DNA of 62,911 bases, counting the filler, from Sphacelaria rigidula (Eukaryota): NCBI GenBank assembly GCA_964200075.2. It is 6 parts of 6 records of this genome, joined end to end, with 100 filler letters (N's around TTAATTAATTAA, not from the genome) between each part and the next. Parts side by side here need not be neighbours in the genome. Positions count along the whole stretch, not along the records: positions 10,504 to 20,905 come from CAXNAA020006558.1; positions 21,006 to 31,407 come from CAXNAA020006559.1; 4 more parts are not named here. One strand, 5' to 3'. The translations under genes and the position numbers were made by a program. This document shows, piece by piece, positions 13,450 through 24,749 of the stretch; the first letter of the stretch is position 1; every line of letters begins with the position of its first letter. The notes under the pieces were generated by a model. The model ran no database searches and was not told the DNA's origin. It saw only the letters and a list, made by a program, of their open reading frames with translations.

Positions 13450-13602
13450 CCAGAGGGTACACGCTCGAAGGACGGGAAGGTGGGCGAGTTTAAACGGGGG
13501 CCGTTTACGATGGCCCAACGAGCCGGGGTGCGAGTGGTTCCGATTTCCATCTCGGGGGTAGCGAAGGCGATGCCGCCGTTCGCATTGGCGCCCATCTGTC
13601 GG
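13450..13602 (+). CDS. Exon of a 1-acyl-sn-glycerol-3-phosphate acyltransferase (LPAAT/PlsC family)
   Basis: PEGTRSKDGKVGEFKRGPFTMAQRAGVRVVPISISG matches acyltransferase motifs III (PEGTRS) and IV (VVPI); donor CGG|gtgaga; acceptor at 13449 or 13453. Confidence 0.85.
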
Positions 13603-13869
13603 GTGAGAGAAGGAAAACAATCACAACGGAAAATAGGAAATGAAGAGTGTTTCCCCCTTCATCTTTGTCGTTCTGGTTAGGTCTCCAGTAGGGATCGGAA
13701 GATTTTTCCTTGTGCTAGAACGGCGGGAATTGCGTATTACCGTCCCGTGACACGCACACATATTCACATAGGACTGCGATGAACACATGCTGGAATATGG
13801 TACATACACTACGAGTATCATGTCGCTCAGTTGCGGTACTACTGGTATTTCACATAGCCTGACCGCACA

Positions 13870-15700
13870 GGACTGAAGATCGGGAAAAGGATATTTGTCT
13901 TCTATACAAAGCGGTGGGAACTGCCAGAGGGCGTACCTTGATTGCCTGGGGTTCTATTCTTGATGCGTCATCTCAGATGCGCATCGACCCCCCCCACCTC
14001 CCTTGTAGTCCACTTCATTCCTTCCCGAGATACTAATTCGTAGCCAGAGGCGGCTCTCGGGCTGCTGCGTGCGTCACGGCACATTTTGCGGTGCTTCTTG
14101 TTGTTTGCAAGATACCGTTCTTGGGGGCCCGTGTAGCACAGGAGAATCGCGCTGCAGTGGAGTTGGAGGTGCAGGTTCGCGTTCTCGCGATTGCTGGGGA
14201 GGCCATGCCGATGGGCTTCGTACATTGCAGCAAGCTTGCCATGGCCGTGAACAAGTTATTGAACAGTGATTTTGGACACTTCCATGCGCTAAATCGTGTT
14301 CGGTATCGTCGTCGATCATGAAGTGACGATGCGCAGATTTTGAAGAAAAACTGTAGAGCATGCACTGTGCATGGCCGGTGGGAAAGTATTGAGCATATCA
14401 CAAGTGCCGTCGGGATTGACACGGGGTTTTCAACTCATCACCGAAACATGAGGTTAAGCGTGTGAGCTCCGAAGGTCGCGAGGCGAATCGAACAACAGGA
14501 GTGTTGTTGCCAACAGGGCGCCCGTCAGGAGATGCCCATGGCTTCATCTTGAGCACCGCACAATTTATGGGCTTCATCAACTCCTTGCCGAATAGTCGAC
14601 GGGCTGCAATGTAGATTATTACCCAATCGCTAACTTTCCAAGTTGGGCGCATGTGCATAATTTCCCAAAGGGCGATGCTTGCTCTTCCCATGCGTGGAGC
14701 GTGAATCGCATCTTGTACACGGACCAATGAGTAGGCTCTGCGCCGTCGAGAGCGCGTCAGTACGTGGTAACATATTTTATCCTTATCCAAATCGTGATGA
14801 CCGTTGAACGTGCGGCGTTTCAAGGCGGTTGCTGGCAGTCGAGAAAAACGTCCAATATGGAATACAATGGGAAGAGTCTAGTAGTTGCGTTGACCGCGTT
14901 GAAAGATAATGCGGCACAAGGACGGTGTGAATACCCATCATTTTGACGGTCGTTCACCACTATCGACAACATTTGCTCAATGACATGGTTCACTCTCTAG
15001 GGTCACCATCGCCGTTAAGATGATGGACGCTCCTGGAAATATTGCGGATGTCCCCATCAAGTTGTAGAGGGTGGTAAAGAAGTTAGCACACAATTACTGT
15101 CCATTTTCGGAAAGAAGCCGTTTCGGGCGACCAAGGGGCTTGGTGGAATCGCGGACGAGGAGGTCGGTGGTACCAGCCGCTGCGTAGTCGCCAGTTGCGA
15201 TGGGATATATGGCTGAGTGGTGGCTGAAGCAGTCAGTGGACGACAAACTGCAGGTGTTGCCACAATATGGTATGGATAAAGGATCGGAATAGACAAGATG
15301 GCCAAGTCCCTCCGGAAGTTTCGTGGGAATTACAGGCCAACATGAGGTTTTGTCGAGAAGTTTGCTTTGCTTGTCGTTTGAAACATCGTCGGGTCCACAA
15401 ACGGACAGAAGGTCTCCTGCCAACCTTCCAGTGGAAACATGCCTACTAGAGTGCGGGTAGCTCCAAGACGACTTGCGGCGTTGCGTTTTTTCATGACCCG
15501 GGGAGGCATCAGATGAAGTGCACATGCAAGCTGTCTCGTCACGGAGAAGGCGCAAGTAGTTTCCGGTTGCAACGGCCGAGCCTTTGTCAGGCGAAGGCGT
15601 GGCACGACGTCTGAGCAGCTGGTCGCTGGTGTCTGTGGTGACCAGTTGTCCCTTGCGCACGAGTTTGTAAACTTGATACGAGGCGCCGAGAGTTTGTGGA
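13870..15700 (-). mobile_element. Degenerate Ty3/gypsy LTR retrotransposon, integrase region
   Basis: Frameshifted peptides align with the copy at 24750-26830 (FNGHHDLDKDKICYHVL vs FDGHQGLDQDQTSYHEL; PKRLLSENGQ vs PRRLLSDNGQ; AILLCYT vs AILLYWT); may extend to ~16500. Confidence 0.85.
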
Positions 15701-18179
15701 CAGGGACCGGCGTATCAGGAACGGGAGAGGAAAATTGAGCTGTATCTAGTTCACCGCAGCGCGGAAAGCAGGTTCCGCAAGTTCATCACGAGCCCCATCT
15801 TGATGGCAATGACTAGCAACAAATTCTCGAGATTCCTCTCCCGCTGGCAATCTGACCAAGCCAAACAAGGCGAGGTGGTTGACGACGGGATAGTTGATGA
15901 AAGCAATGGTCCGGCATCGATGTTTACGTCGGCATCAAGGTCAGCGGAAGCCGTGCTGTGGATGTGTAGCGGCGATGTGGACTTTGATGGTGCCGAAGAT
16001 GGAGGTGTTTCGATGCGTGGGGAAGGCGCAGAAGGCGTGTGATGGGTACGCTAGTTGTCGACGAGGAGGGGCTCGCAGAACTAGCAGGAGCGCTTAATGT
16101 ACGTGATATCGGCGGTAGGGCCAACCGCGCTGCAGTCTCACAACGCGTGTCGTCAGATTCCTAACAATAGCGTCGAAGTTGTTCGGTCAGGAGAGTTCGC
16201 ACCGGTGCCGAATGTGCAAATGTCGATGACGTCGCTTGTGGTGGTCGCGAGCGCACCCCAGACAGCACCAAATACGAATTGTCGATAGCCTCTCATGTGC
16301 ATACTCATTTCAGGGCACTGAAGACCACGGGCATAGGCGCGGTTAGAAAAGCGGCATACAGCGTACATATCAGGCCCGTAAGGCTCAGTGAGCCTGCAGG
16401 CTACATTTTAGGAGCTCGCGTACAAATGGTCTTCATTTCCGCGGTGAAAACGAAAGCGATGACGCTCTGAAAATGCTGGCGCTGGCGCTACAGGCGTCAA
16501 CTCTGCCGCCGCTGCGGATTCGCACGTCAATGGCATTTCTCCCCAGCCACTCCTACCGCTACCAACACCGACGGACCAGCCTCCGGACCCTTAACTGGCA
16601 CCCCTACCGTGGCTGCGCCAGCTCCTATTTTGGTCTTCGCCTCGACTGCGCCCGACTTGGCCTCATCGGCAGCCCTTCCGCTGCAAAGCATTTGCGCTGG
16701 AGCTCAAGGTGTACCTCATGCACTGCCGTCTGTGTGTTAGCGGGTCATCGTCTGAAAAAATGAACTAAACTGTTGTAGCCGCGGCGCCCTCGTGGTTCAA
16801 CTGACACACCAATTGCTGGATATCGCGAACGGTTGCTTATTTGAATCCCAACATCTACGGTCTCTTTGAGCAAATTTATTGTCTCCGTCGATGTAAATAT
16901 GGCAGCGGGAGTAGCGAAGGAAACTTCGACGAAAGTCGACGCGATGCTGGAGTGCTCATCTCAACCTCAATACCGAGACGTGGAGACATTTCTTGTAAAA
17001 AGGAGAGATGGGTTGGTCGATTCCTTGAGACCTCGCACTCGCCTCGAAACATGAAATTCAAGGATGGGGGAAAACGTACTGATCAAACCCACAGCATACA
17101 TACACGAAGTTCCCGTATCGCATTCGCGCAACATTTTTTATGATGCCAGTGACTTTCCGAAAGTAAGAGAGTTTCTATCTTGTAGGAGCACGAAAGCATC
17201 TTGCATTGTTTTAGGTATTCGGTATATACGGATTGAGCTGCCGCTGCAAACTGAACCACCGGTTTTTGATGTTTTTTTACTCTTACATATTGCGGAAGAG
17301 TTGGGAAATCAGATCCCTCTGTGAAACAATCGAAAGCTTTCCGTGGTTGTTGCAGCTTGTGGGGGGGGGCTTGGCAGCGGTTGCCGGCCGACGCCGCTGC
17401 CGCCACCGTCGGCTATGATCGCATGCTGCACGACACGTGAAGTCGGGTCTACCTCTCCTGTGGTACAGAAGCAATCCGCGGTATGCTTCGTTTGATGAAC
17501 ACAAATTCGTAGCACATGGGAGAATGTACCGGGATTTGTTTCGACATGTTTCCCCGTTGCTTGGAAGAATCGCTCCTTGGTGCGATGCGTGCAGATGACA
17601 CACAGCTCGTACAGTTACAGGCTGTCTACACTGACTACCAGCCATGGAAGGGACACCGCGGATCCACAGAGATGAACCGACCGCGCACTGCAGGTAGAAG
17701 TCGGCAATGTACACGATGAAGCAGCCAGCGCGGCCCCGGGACAACGATCCCACTTGAAAGTGCCGCAAGCAACGTCGACGTGAAAACGTACACCATGTGT
17801 CGGGTAGGTGCGCTTTACTTTTGTACTAATGAGCAGATGAACTACAACATGCCAGTACACCCTGACCCCAGAATAACATAAGGCCGTTCCCACGTTCAGA
17901 GTCCCCACCCTAACTTCAAGTACCGCATAGAGGGTCGATTTTGTTCAAGAACAGGAACAAACCACCACAGACCGTGCCGTAGTAGCACAGGTGCCATGAA
18001 AACCGAGGGACAGCAACAGCTGACAGCGATATATATTTGTATCGTACCTTCTTTGCGAGCTGCAAGCTACGCTCGAAAGCTGTGGCTCTCACTTTCTACT
18101 GGCTGGACTCTTCCATTCAAACAGCTGTGGTTTCATTTTCCTGCTCTCCTATTATTTTTCTATGGCACAAACATCGGAA

Positions 18180-20055
18180 TGAAGAGTCTAGCGGGAAGAA
18201 AAGTAGTGAGCGACAAGTATTTGAAGGACGAGGGCGAGAACATACTGCCGGGCAAGTCCCATTCTCAAGACATGAAAACAATACTCTTCCACGTTGCTGA
18301 ATGACCTATTGGTAACCATCGATCGAGCCCTCATCGAGAACACTGCGCAACTGCCGACAGCATTGTTGCTCGGAGACCGTCAAGCCTAACTGAAACTGAT
18401 GAGGCCCTGAGGGGCTATCGCTAACAGCAAAGTGACGGGCCCAGGCGGTCTACCTGCTGAACCCTTCAAGTTTGGGTTGGTGGGGGAGCCTTGGGAGATT
18501 CTGTACCACCTCCACAGCACCATCGCTACGGTCTGCACGTCTGGCAAGTTGCCGCTAAAGTGGAAATGTTTCACCATCAAGGTCCTACAAAAGAAGGGTG
18601 AGGACGCAGGCGAATGCTCGTAAAGTTCTCCTCGAAGTGGTAGCCAACAGGCTCGGTAGTTTCTGCGAGGAGGCGCGGATCTTCCTGGAAGAGCAGTGCA
18701 GATTACGACGGCGTCGACGATCGACCGCCGACATGATGTTCGTGGCACGCCGACTACAGGAGTTGGGTCTGGCGAGTAACGTCCGACGAAACATGCGCGT
18801 CATCGACCCGCAGACGCTCCTAGGGGAAGTGCTTGCCCGATTCGGAATACCAGTGCCGATTATCAAGGTCATCCCGTATGTTTCGCGATGGCATGCGGGC
18901 TCAGATACAGCTGGATGAAGTCGAACTGTCAGCGTGGTTCCATGTCTGCGAGGGAGTTGGGCACAGGTGCGTTCAGTCCCTGCTTTTGTCTAACATCTTC
19001 AGCGCAGCCTTGGTCAACATCATCTTACAGCGGCGCGAGGAAGACCTGGCCGTCGTCTCACACTTGGTATATCCAAAACGGTGCGTCAAAAGATGACGAT
19101 GGTGAAGCCCTGGAAAAGGTGCCGCTTCAGAAGGCGCGGCGCGCGATGTGGGGAATGTCATACGCGGATGACGCCGGCATAGTCTCCAGGTCCCCAGACG
19201 GGCTTACTAGAATGACGGCCATGGTAGTCGTGGCCTGCCAGGAGTTCGCATTGACGGTTTCGGAGAGTAAGACAGAGTCAATGCGCCTATGGTCAGTAGC
19301 CAGCTCCGCAGTGACCGCATCGGGTGGGCACGCATCCGAAAATTTAGGGCCCAACTGTACGATCTGCCCAGCGGCCAACTACCTTTGATAAATCCGGCTG
19401 CTCGAAGTGGAAGTGGTGGAAGCTCTGCTGTACGGATGCGCTACATGGAAGCTGCGTCCCGAGGACTTGCAGAGTCTGCGCGCTGCCCATCACCAGCTTT
19501 TACTGCGAATGATTTTGTTCCGTGGGAACGGGCGAACTGGCTACAAGATTATGTCGCACAGAGATTTAATGACAAACCATCCGCAGGCGTAAAACTCTAT
19601 TTTGTGAGGGCCCTCGCCCGGCAGGACAAATACGTCTACCTTGAGCGCATCATGTTCGAACAGTTAGTCGCACGAGGGCCCAGCGAGACTGTTCCCGCCC
19701 TCCCCAAACACTGAGGGGACCGCTTCCAGGACAACCTATATGCAATATGATCCATTTTATGCGAAGGAGCACGGCGGAAATGCTCCATCCATTGTGTGGA
19801 GGTTCAAGACGCACGCGATTGGGTCACTGCGGCGAAGGAAATTGGCAGATGGCATTGTGGAGTCGGGAAGGGGGCGGAAACGTTCGACGCGTATCGACGG
19901 GAGGTCACACGCAAATTGGACCTTCGCCACAAACGAGAGGCTGCTGCGTCGAGAGCTGCCATCTGAGAGCTGCCACCGCAAGCGCAACCAACAATAACAG
20001 CTCGCGAGGATCCCAAGATGAAAACCGTCGAGAGAGTGTCCCGATTTGTACCTAA
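18180..20055 (+). mobile_element. Degenerate non-LTR retrotransposon (RTE-like LINE) reverse transcriptase
   Basis: Frameshifted RT motifs: GPGGLPAE..K, KVLLEVVANRL..FCEE, RSTADMMFVARRLQELG, VLARFGIP, SYADDAGIVS, VVEALLYGCATW. Confidence 0.92.
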
Positions 20056-20749
20056 CCAGGGATGAAAGGGGGAGGCTGGGTTAACCCAAAAACTGCTGTA
20101 CCGCCATCTTCTCCTTCCCGTTGTTGACCTTCACTTGATCTGTGTCTTGCGGTGCTCTCTGGTTGTGCCTTTGTACGTGCTGTACTGCTTTTTGGTTCCA
20201 TCGCTTCCGTAACTGCCTCCTCCTCTGTTTTCTCTCTCCTCTCTCGCTGTTTCGTTGCTCAGTTCTTTACACCTAGCGGATTGCCGCCTTGCTTTCGCAG
20301 GGCCCATTGGGGAGACTTCATACCCAGTTAGTGTGGCTAAAATAACTGAGCCGCAATCTTTTCCCACGACTTTTCATTGTTTTCGAGCCGAGACCGCCAA
20401 TAGCGCTATTTGCTCCCATGACCTCCGCTCTCCTGTGGAGGGGCTGCGGAGATTTTCATAGCAGTCAAGGATATGTGAACACAACCCTTGCACCCCCCTC
20501 CCGTTTTATTGAGCAGTATACTCCAGGTATACGACAATACTCTGAAATAATGAACAGTATCTGATTTTGAGATCACCGTCTCTCTCGTGGAGGGGGGCAG
20601 TTGAGGATGTCACAGCACTATGTGTATGGCTTCGTGCGAGGAATGGACGACTGTAATTCTTACAGCTCACACGACTTCGTATGACCTTCCCCCGACAGGG
20701 TCTTCCGGAAACCGTCATGCATGAACACTCCGTTTCTGTGGTGGCGGAG

Positions 20750-20905
20750 GGGGGGTGGTACTTTCGATCATGAATGCCATACTCTTGAGACCATTGACCT
20801 CGCATCCCTACAAAGCCGGGACGGAGCACGCCGGGTTTTTCGCCAGCCCAGGCTCGCACTCAATCACCAAGCGCAAAGCGCCGTGGTGTGTTCGGCGAGT
20901 CGTAT
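20750..20905 (+). repeat. Dispersed G-flanked short repeat family copy
   Basis: GACCATTGACCTCGCATCCCT...GGGACGGAGC; reverse complement at 42445-42715. Confidence 0.8.
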
Positions 20906-21005
20906 NNNNNNNNNNNNNNNNNNNNNNNNNNNNNNNNNNNNNNNNNNNNTTAATTAATTAANNNNNNNNNNNNNNNNNNNNNNNNNNNNNNNNNNNNNNN
21001 NNNNN
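20906..21005. other. Artificial contig-joining linker
   Basis: 44 N + TTAATTAATTAA + 44 N. Confidence 0.99.
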
Positions 21006-22900
21006 GCTGTATGGCCATTTTTTTCGTGACACTTTTAGCTGGTTTTTGGGGGGGGCTATCGTAGAAAGTGTCAGCTGCCCATGTAAACAGCAATGCACTC
21101 GACCACCCCAACACCACGCGGCGCTCGTCGTCGCCGTCAGAATTGTAATCGCCAACAGCATCACCAGCTTGCAGCTCGCTCTGTGTACCCGCTCGACGCG
21201 GGTCGTACGCCCCTGTTGTTTCGATCATGCAAGGCGTGTCCACAGCTACGCGCTGCTCCGGCGGCAATTCCGCCAACCCGGCATTCACCTGTCCTTCAAG
21301 CAGACACCCCTGCGAATAATCTAAACGATTTCCCGCAATATCACCGGCGCGGATAGATTCACCATGAGCACGGCAAGCTCCTTGCTCACCCTGCTCGTTC
21401 GCAATACGCGAATAACACCCCCCTGAAGCTTCGAGCATGCAAGAAGTATCTCCAGCTACGCGCTTGTCTGCAGCTTCGAGCAACTGGGACCTCCGCCCAC
21501 CAGTACTTGGTCATTGGCCCATGTAGAACTCGCCTTCTCAACATCGCCAGCAGCAGCAGCAGTATCACCCATACTCGCTACAGCCGCCACCTCCTGTACG
21601 GCTTGCTCCTTGACGGCAATAACGGCAACGCCTCTAGCGCTCTCGTGCCTGTCCCCTCGGATTAGCGATGGCTGTGTGACTTGTTCGCCTCTTCCAACAG
21701 CACTGCCAGCGGCTGCTAATTCAGCACCGACTACTCTACTCGTACTGTTCTTGCTGCCCAGTGCATCTCTTCGGACAAACACATGCGTCGTCACCTTCGC
21801 GCCCCTCAAAGTGGCGCCGCGTTGTTGCTTCAGTCGCGGGCGAGCGGTTTCTACAACTGCACGCTCAGCAGGTGCACTGTTGTGCCTGTCCCCTCGGGCA
21901 GACACATGCTTCTCGGCTTCCACAGCGCAAGCATTTGCCCTGTCTCGTTGTTTCAGACGCGGGCAACCTACTGCACGTTCGGCGGGTGCACTGCCCTGCC
22001 TGTCCCCTCGGGCAGACAAATGTTTTTCGGCCTTCACAGTGCAAGCAGCTGCCCTGTATCGTTGTTTCAGACGCGGATCACATACTGCACGTTCGGCGGG
22101 TGCACTGTCGTGGCTGTCCCGTCGGGCAGAAGACCCATGCTTCTCGGCTTTCACAGGGCAATGCGCCCCACCGGACGACGCATGCTTGCGCAACGCGAAG
22201 AGCAACTGCTCGTTTCCAACACCATGAGCATGTTTCAAGAACGTTGCAGGCAACATGCATCGGCATGAGGTCAGAAGCTGCTGCCACCTCAAAAAGATTT
22301 GTCCACCGCGCATTCACCTGATCGACATCTCGAGCACATTTCTCGTAGTTGCATAAAACCTCGGCTGATATCTCGCTCGGAAAACTGCGGCCGTAGTACG
22401 GCACCTCCAGCGCCAGTACAGGAACAACACGACCATCGATGATGACATCTTTTTGAACAGTCGAGCGGACCGTGCCGCTACCACCGCGCTTCTCATCAAT
22501 CGCCGAGCCACCACGGCATGTGAACATAGTGGACAATCACAAAGCAGCACCCCAACAGCTGAACAGTGGTTCCAGAAGAAACGTTGTTGTGAATAGCAGA
22601 AACAGCAACTTTCCATACACCATCCGCGCTCGGCCACCAAACGACAATGGCCACAGCGCCTCTTCCTCACGCAGGTCTCACCACGCGTTTGAAGTCCTTA
22701 GACTCCTCTCCCTGAGCGTACCTGGCCAAGCGTGGAACAAGCAACTCTCGCTGGCTCAGCCAGGCAGTAATTTCGCTGCTTTTCTAGAACGCTCACGGGC
22801 TCGCCAGCTGTCGATCAACCCTCCGCACCTCACGCACGAGTGATACCACAGCCCGCCCTAGCACTGCCTTAGACTCTTCTCGGCTCTACTTCTCCAACTC
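21006..22900 (-). mobile_element. Frameshifted coding remnant, probably retrotransposon gag-like ORF
   Basis: Intronless overlapping ORFs (22078-22536, 21456-22313, 21006-21483) in shifting frames; LEVPYYGRSFPSEISAEVLCNYEK resembles a retrotransposon gag start; family assignment is inference. Confidence 0.45.
21857..22160 (-). repeat. In-frame 114-bp (38-aa) tandem repeat, ~2.7 copies
   Basis: Units start CTGCACG at 21857, 21971 and 22085 on +; peptide V(K/E)AEKH.SARGDR..SAPAERAV..PRLKQR. Confidence 0.92.
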
Positions 22901-23635
22901 CTCGCGACGATAACACGCCTTGAGCTGTTCTTGTTTGATGCAAACTGATCAGGCCTGCAGACTTCCCTATCTTGAAGTGTCAGCTGCTTTTCAGCGTACC
23001 TACCGCCTCAGCGGACTTAATGAACCTTCATCATAGACTGCTGTCACTCAAGATCAGATCGCCATGTGGACTCCTCCCATCACGGGCACATGGACTTCAG
23101 CAGCTTGAGTAATTCATGCATGAACCCTCAGCAAAATGCAGGAGGACAGGACCATAGCTTCTCTCCACCAGAGTAGCAAAACCAGGCTCTCTCGTCATGA
23201 AGGTCACCCATGACAGAGTCCGGCAATCAGACCCGCAACTCCACCTACACAGTGTCCCCAACCTTAGATAACAATGGTGGCTAGAGCCTACAGGTCTTGG
23301 CATTTATGCCATGCATTGTCCACCCCTTCCCTTCATTAGGCGCTTTTTGCACGCAATGTCGGAAAGCCCTGGAAATGGCTGACCAGACTTCTACCGCCCA
23401 ATGGAAACTGGTAAGGTTTTACGGGTATTTCACCACGAGACCCCAACCACCAGGTGAATTTTTCATGGAGGGGGTGATGACCCTACCCTATCCGTACTGG
23501 TTATATCTTCTGTGCTTGTGATTTCCATGTAAGGTGGTCAACCTTCATGTCGTTGTTTACATGTCTAGGTTTTGGATGTACCATGTCTTGCGTTTGTTAG
23601 ATTATGATGGGGAAAAATCTCGGTTACTTTCCGCG

Positions 23636-24443
23636 ATTCCATGTTCATGTCCGGGCTGTGTTAGAGTAAGTTGAATAACAGGAGGGTTAGCTGCTCTATT
23701 TCAAGTCTATCTCTGGGCTGTGTTATCGTCGGTTGAATCAAAGGAATGGTTATCTTGTCTATTCCATGTCTATGTCCGGCTTGTGTTATGGTAGGTTAAA
23801 TAACAAGAAGGATTAGTTTCTTTATTCCATGTCTATGTTCGGGTTGTGTTATGGTAGCTTCAGTAACAAGAAGAATTAAACACGGGATCTTACAAACTGG
23901 GGATGGATCTTTTATTGGGGATGAGAAACCCGGAGAATTAAAACCTTCGTATCCACACCAAATCTTCGGAATATGGTTCCATTTTTTCACCTACTGATAG
24001 CTATTGAAAACTGCTACCCGTTGTAGAAATTTGGATTTTGATCACCGAAATGTTGGGGTCCCAGATAAAAAAAAACAATTTTGGAACCACTTTGGCCTCC
24101 GTTTGGTCACCCGGGATTCCACAAAAGAAAACTTTCACCTAGGACCCCAATATTTCGGTGATCGAAATTCAAATTTCTACGACGTGTCGCAGTTGTCAAT
24201 AGCTATCAGTAGGTGAAGAAATGGAACCATATTTCGAAGATTTGGTGTGGATACGGAGATTTTAATTCTCCTGGTTTCTCATCCCCGATAAAAGATCCAT
24301 CTCCAACTTGTAAGATCCCGTGTTATTAGCTTCTCTATTCCATGTCTATGTCCGGGATGTTTCGAAGTAGATTAAAAAAAAGGAGGGTTAGCTCCTCTAT
24401 TTCATGTCCATGTCTGGACTGTGTTATGTAAGGTTAAATAAAG
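23636..24443. repeat. ~62-bp minisatellite (about 6 units) interrupted by a MITE
   Basis: Repeating ATTCCATGTCTATGTCCGGGCTGTGTTAT...TTAAATAACA.GA.GG.TTAG on both sides of 23879-24324. Confidence 0.9.
23879..24324. mobile_element. Foldback MITE with ~185-bp inverted arms, copy 1
   Basis: Ends AACACGGGATCTTACAA / TTGTAAGATCCCGTGTT; ATTA direct repeat at 23875-78 and 24325-28; removing it restores a satellite unit. Confidence 0.93.
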
Positions 24444-24749
24444 TGTGTTTCCGGGGGGGAAACCATTGGGTTGTTCAATTGTTTCAGCTTATTCGAATCG
24501 CGCTAACGGGGACCTTTCGAATTGTCCCACGACACTTTAGGTTGTAGTATATAATAGAGGTATTGTGATGAAGCTCGGAGGCGTTGCAAGATATACGCTG
24601 TGCGGGTCTGATCGTAGACCCTGAGTTCCGTGACGCATTCTCACCGCATTTGTTCGGGAGCAGCCAGAGGCTGCCCCGACCCACCTCGATCAGTTACTGG
24701 CTTGCCTTTGTCCACTTTGAGCCATCACTTCTCCCTGCTCCTATGGCTG

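Noticed and set aside
17870..17925. LEVRVGTLNVGTA on the minus strand resembling the start of a LINE endonuclease
   Set aside because: Only ~13 residues and opposite in orientation to the neighbouring LINE; too short to call.
23636..24443. Regularly spaced repeats as a CRISPR array
   Set aside because: Whole units are homologous with no unique spacers, no cas genes, eukaryotic context.
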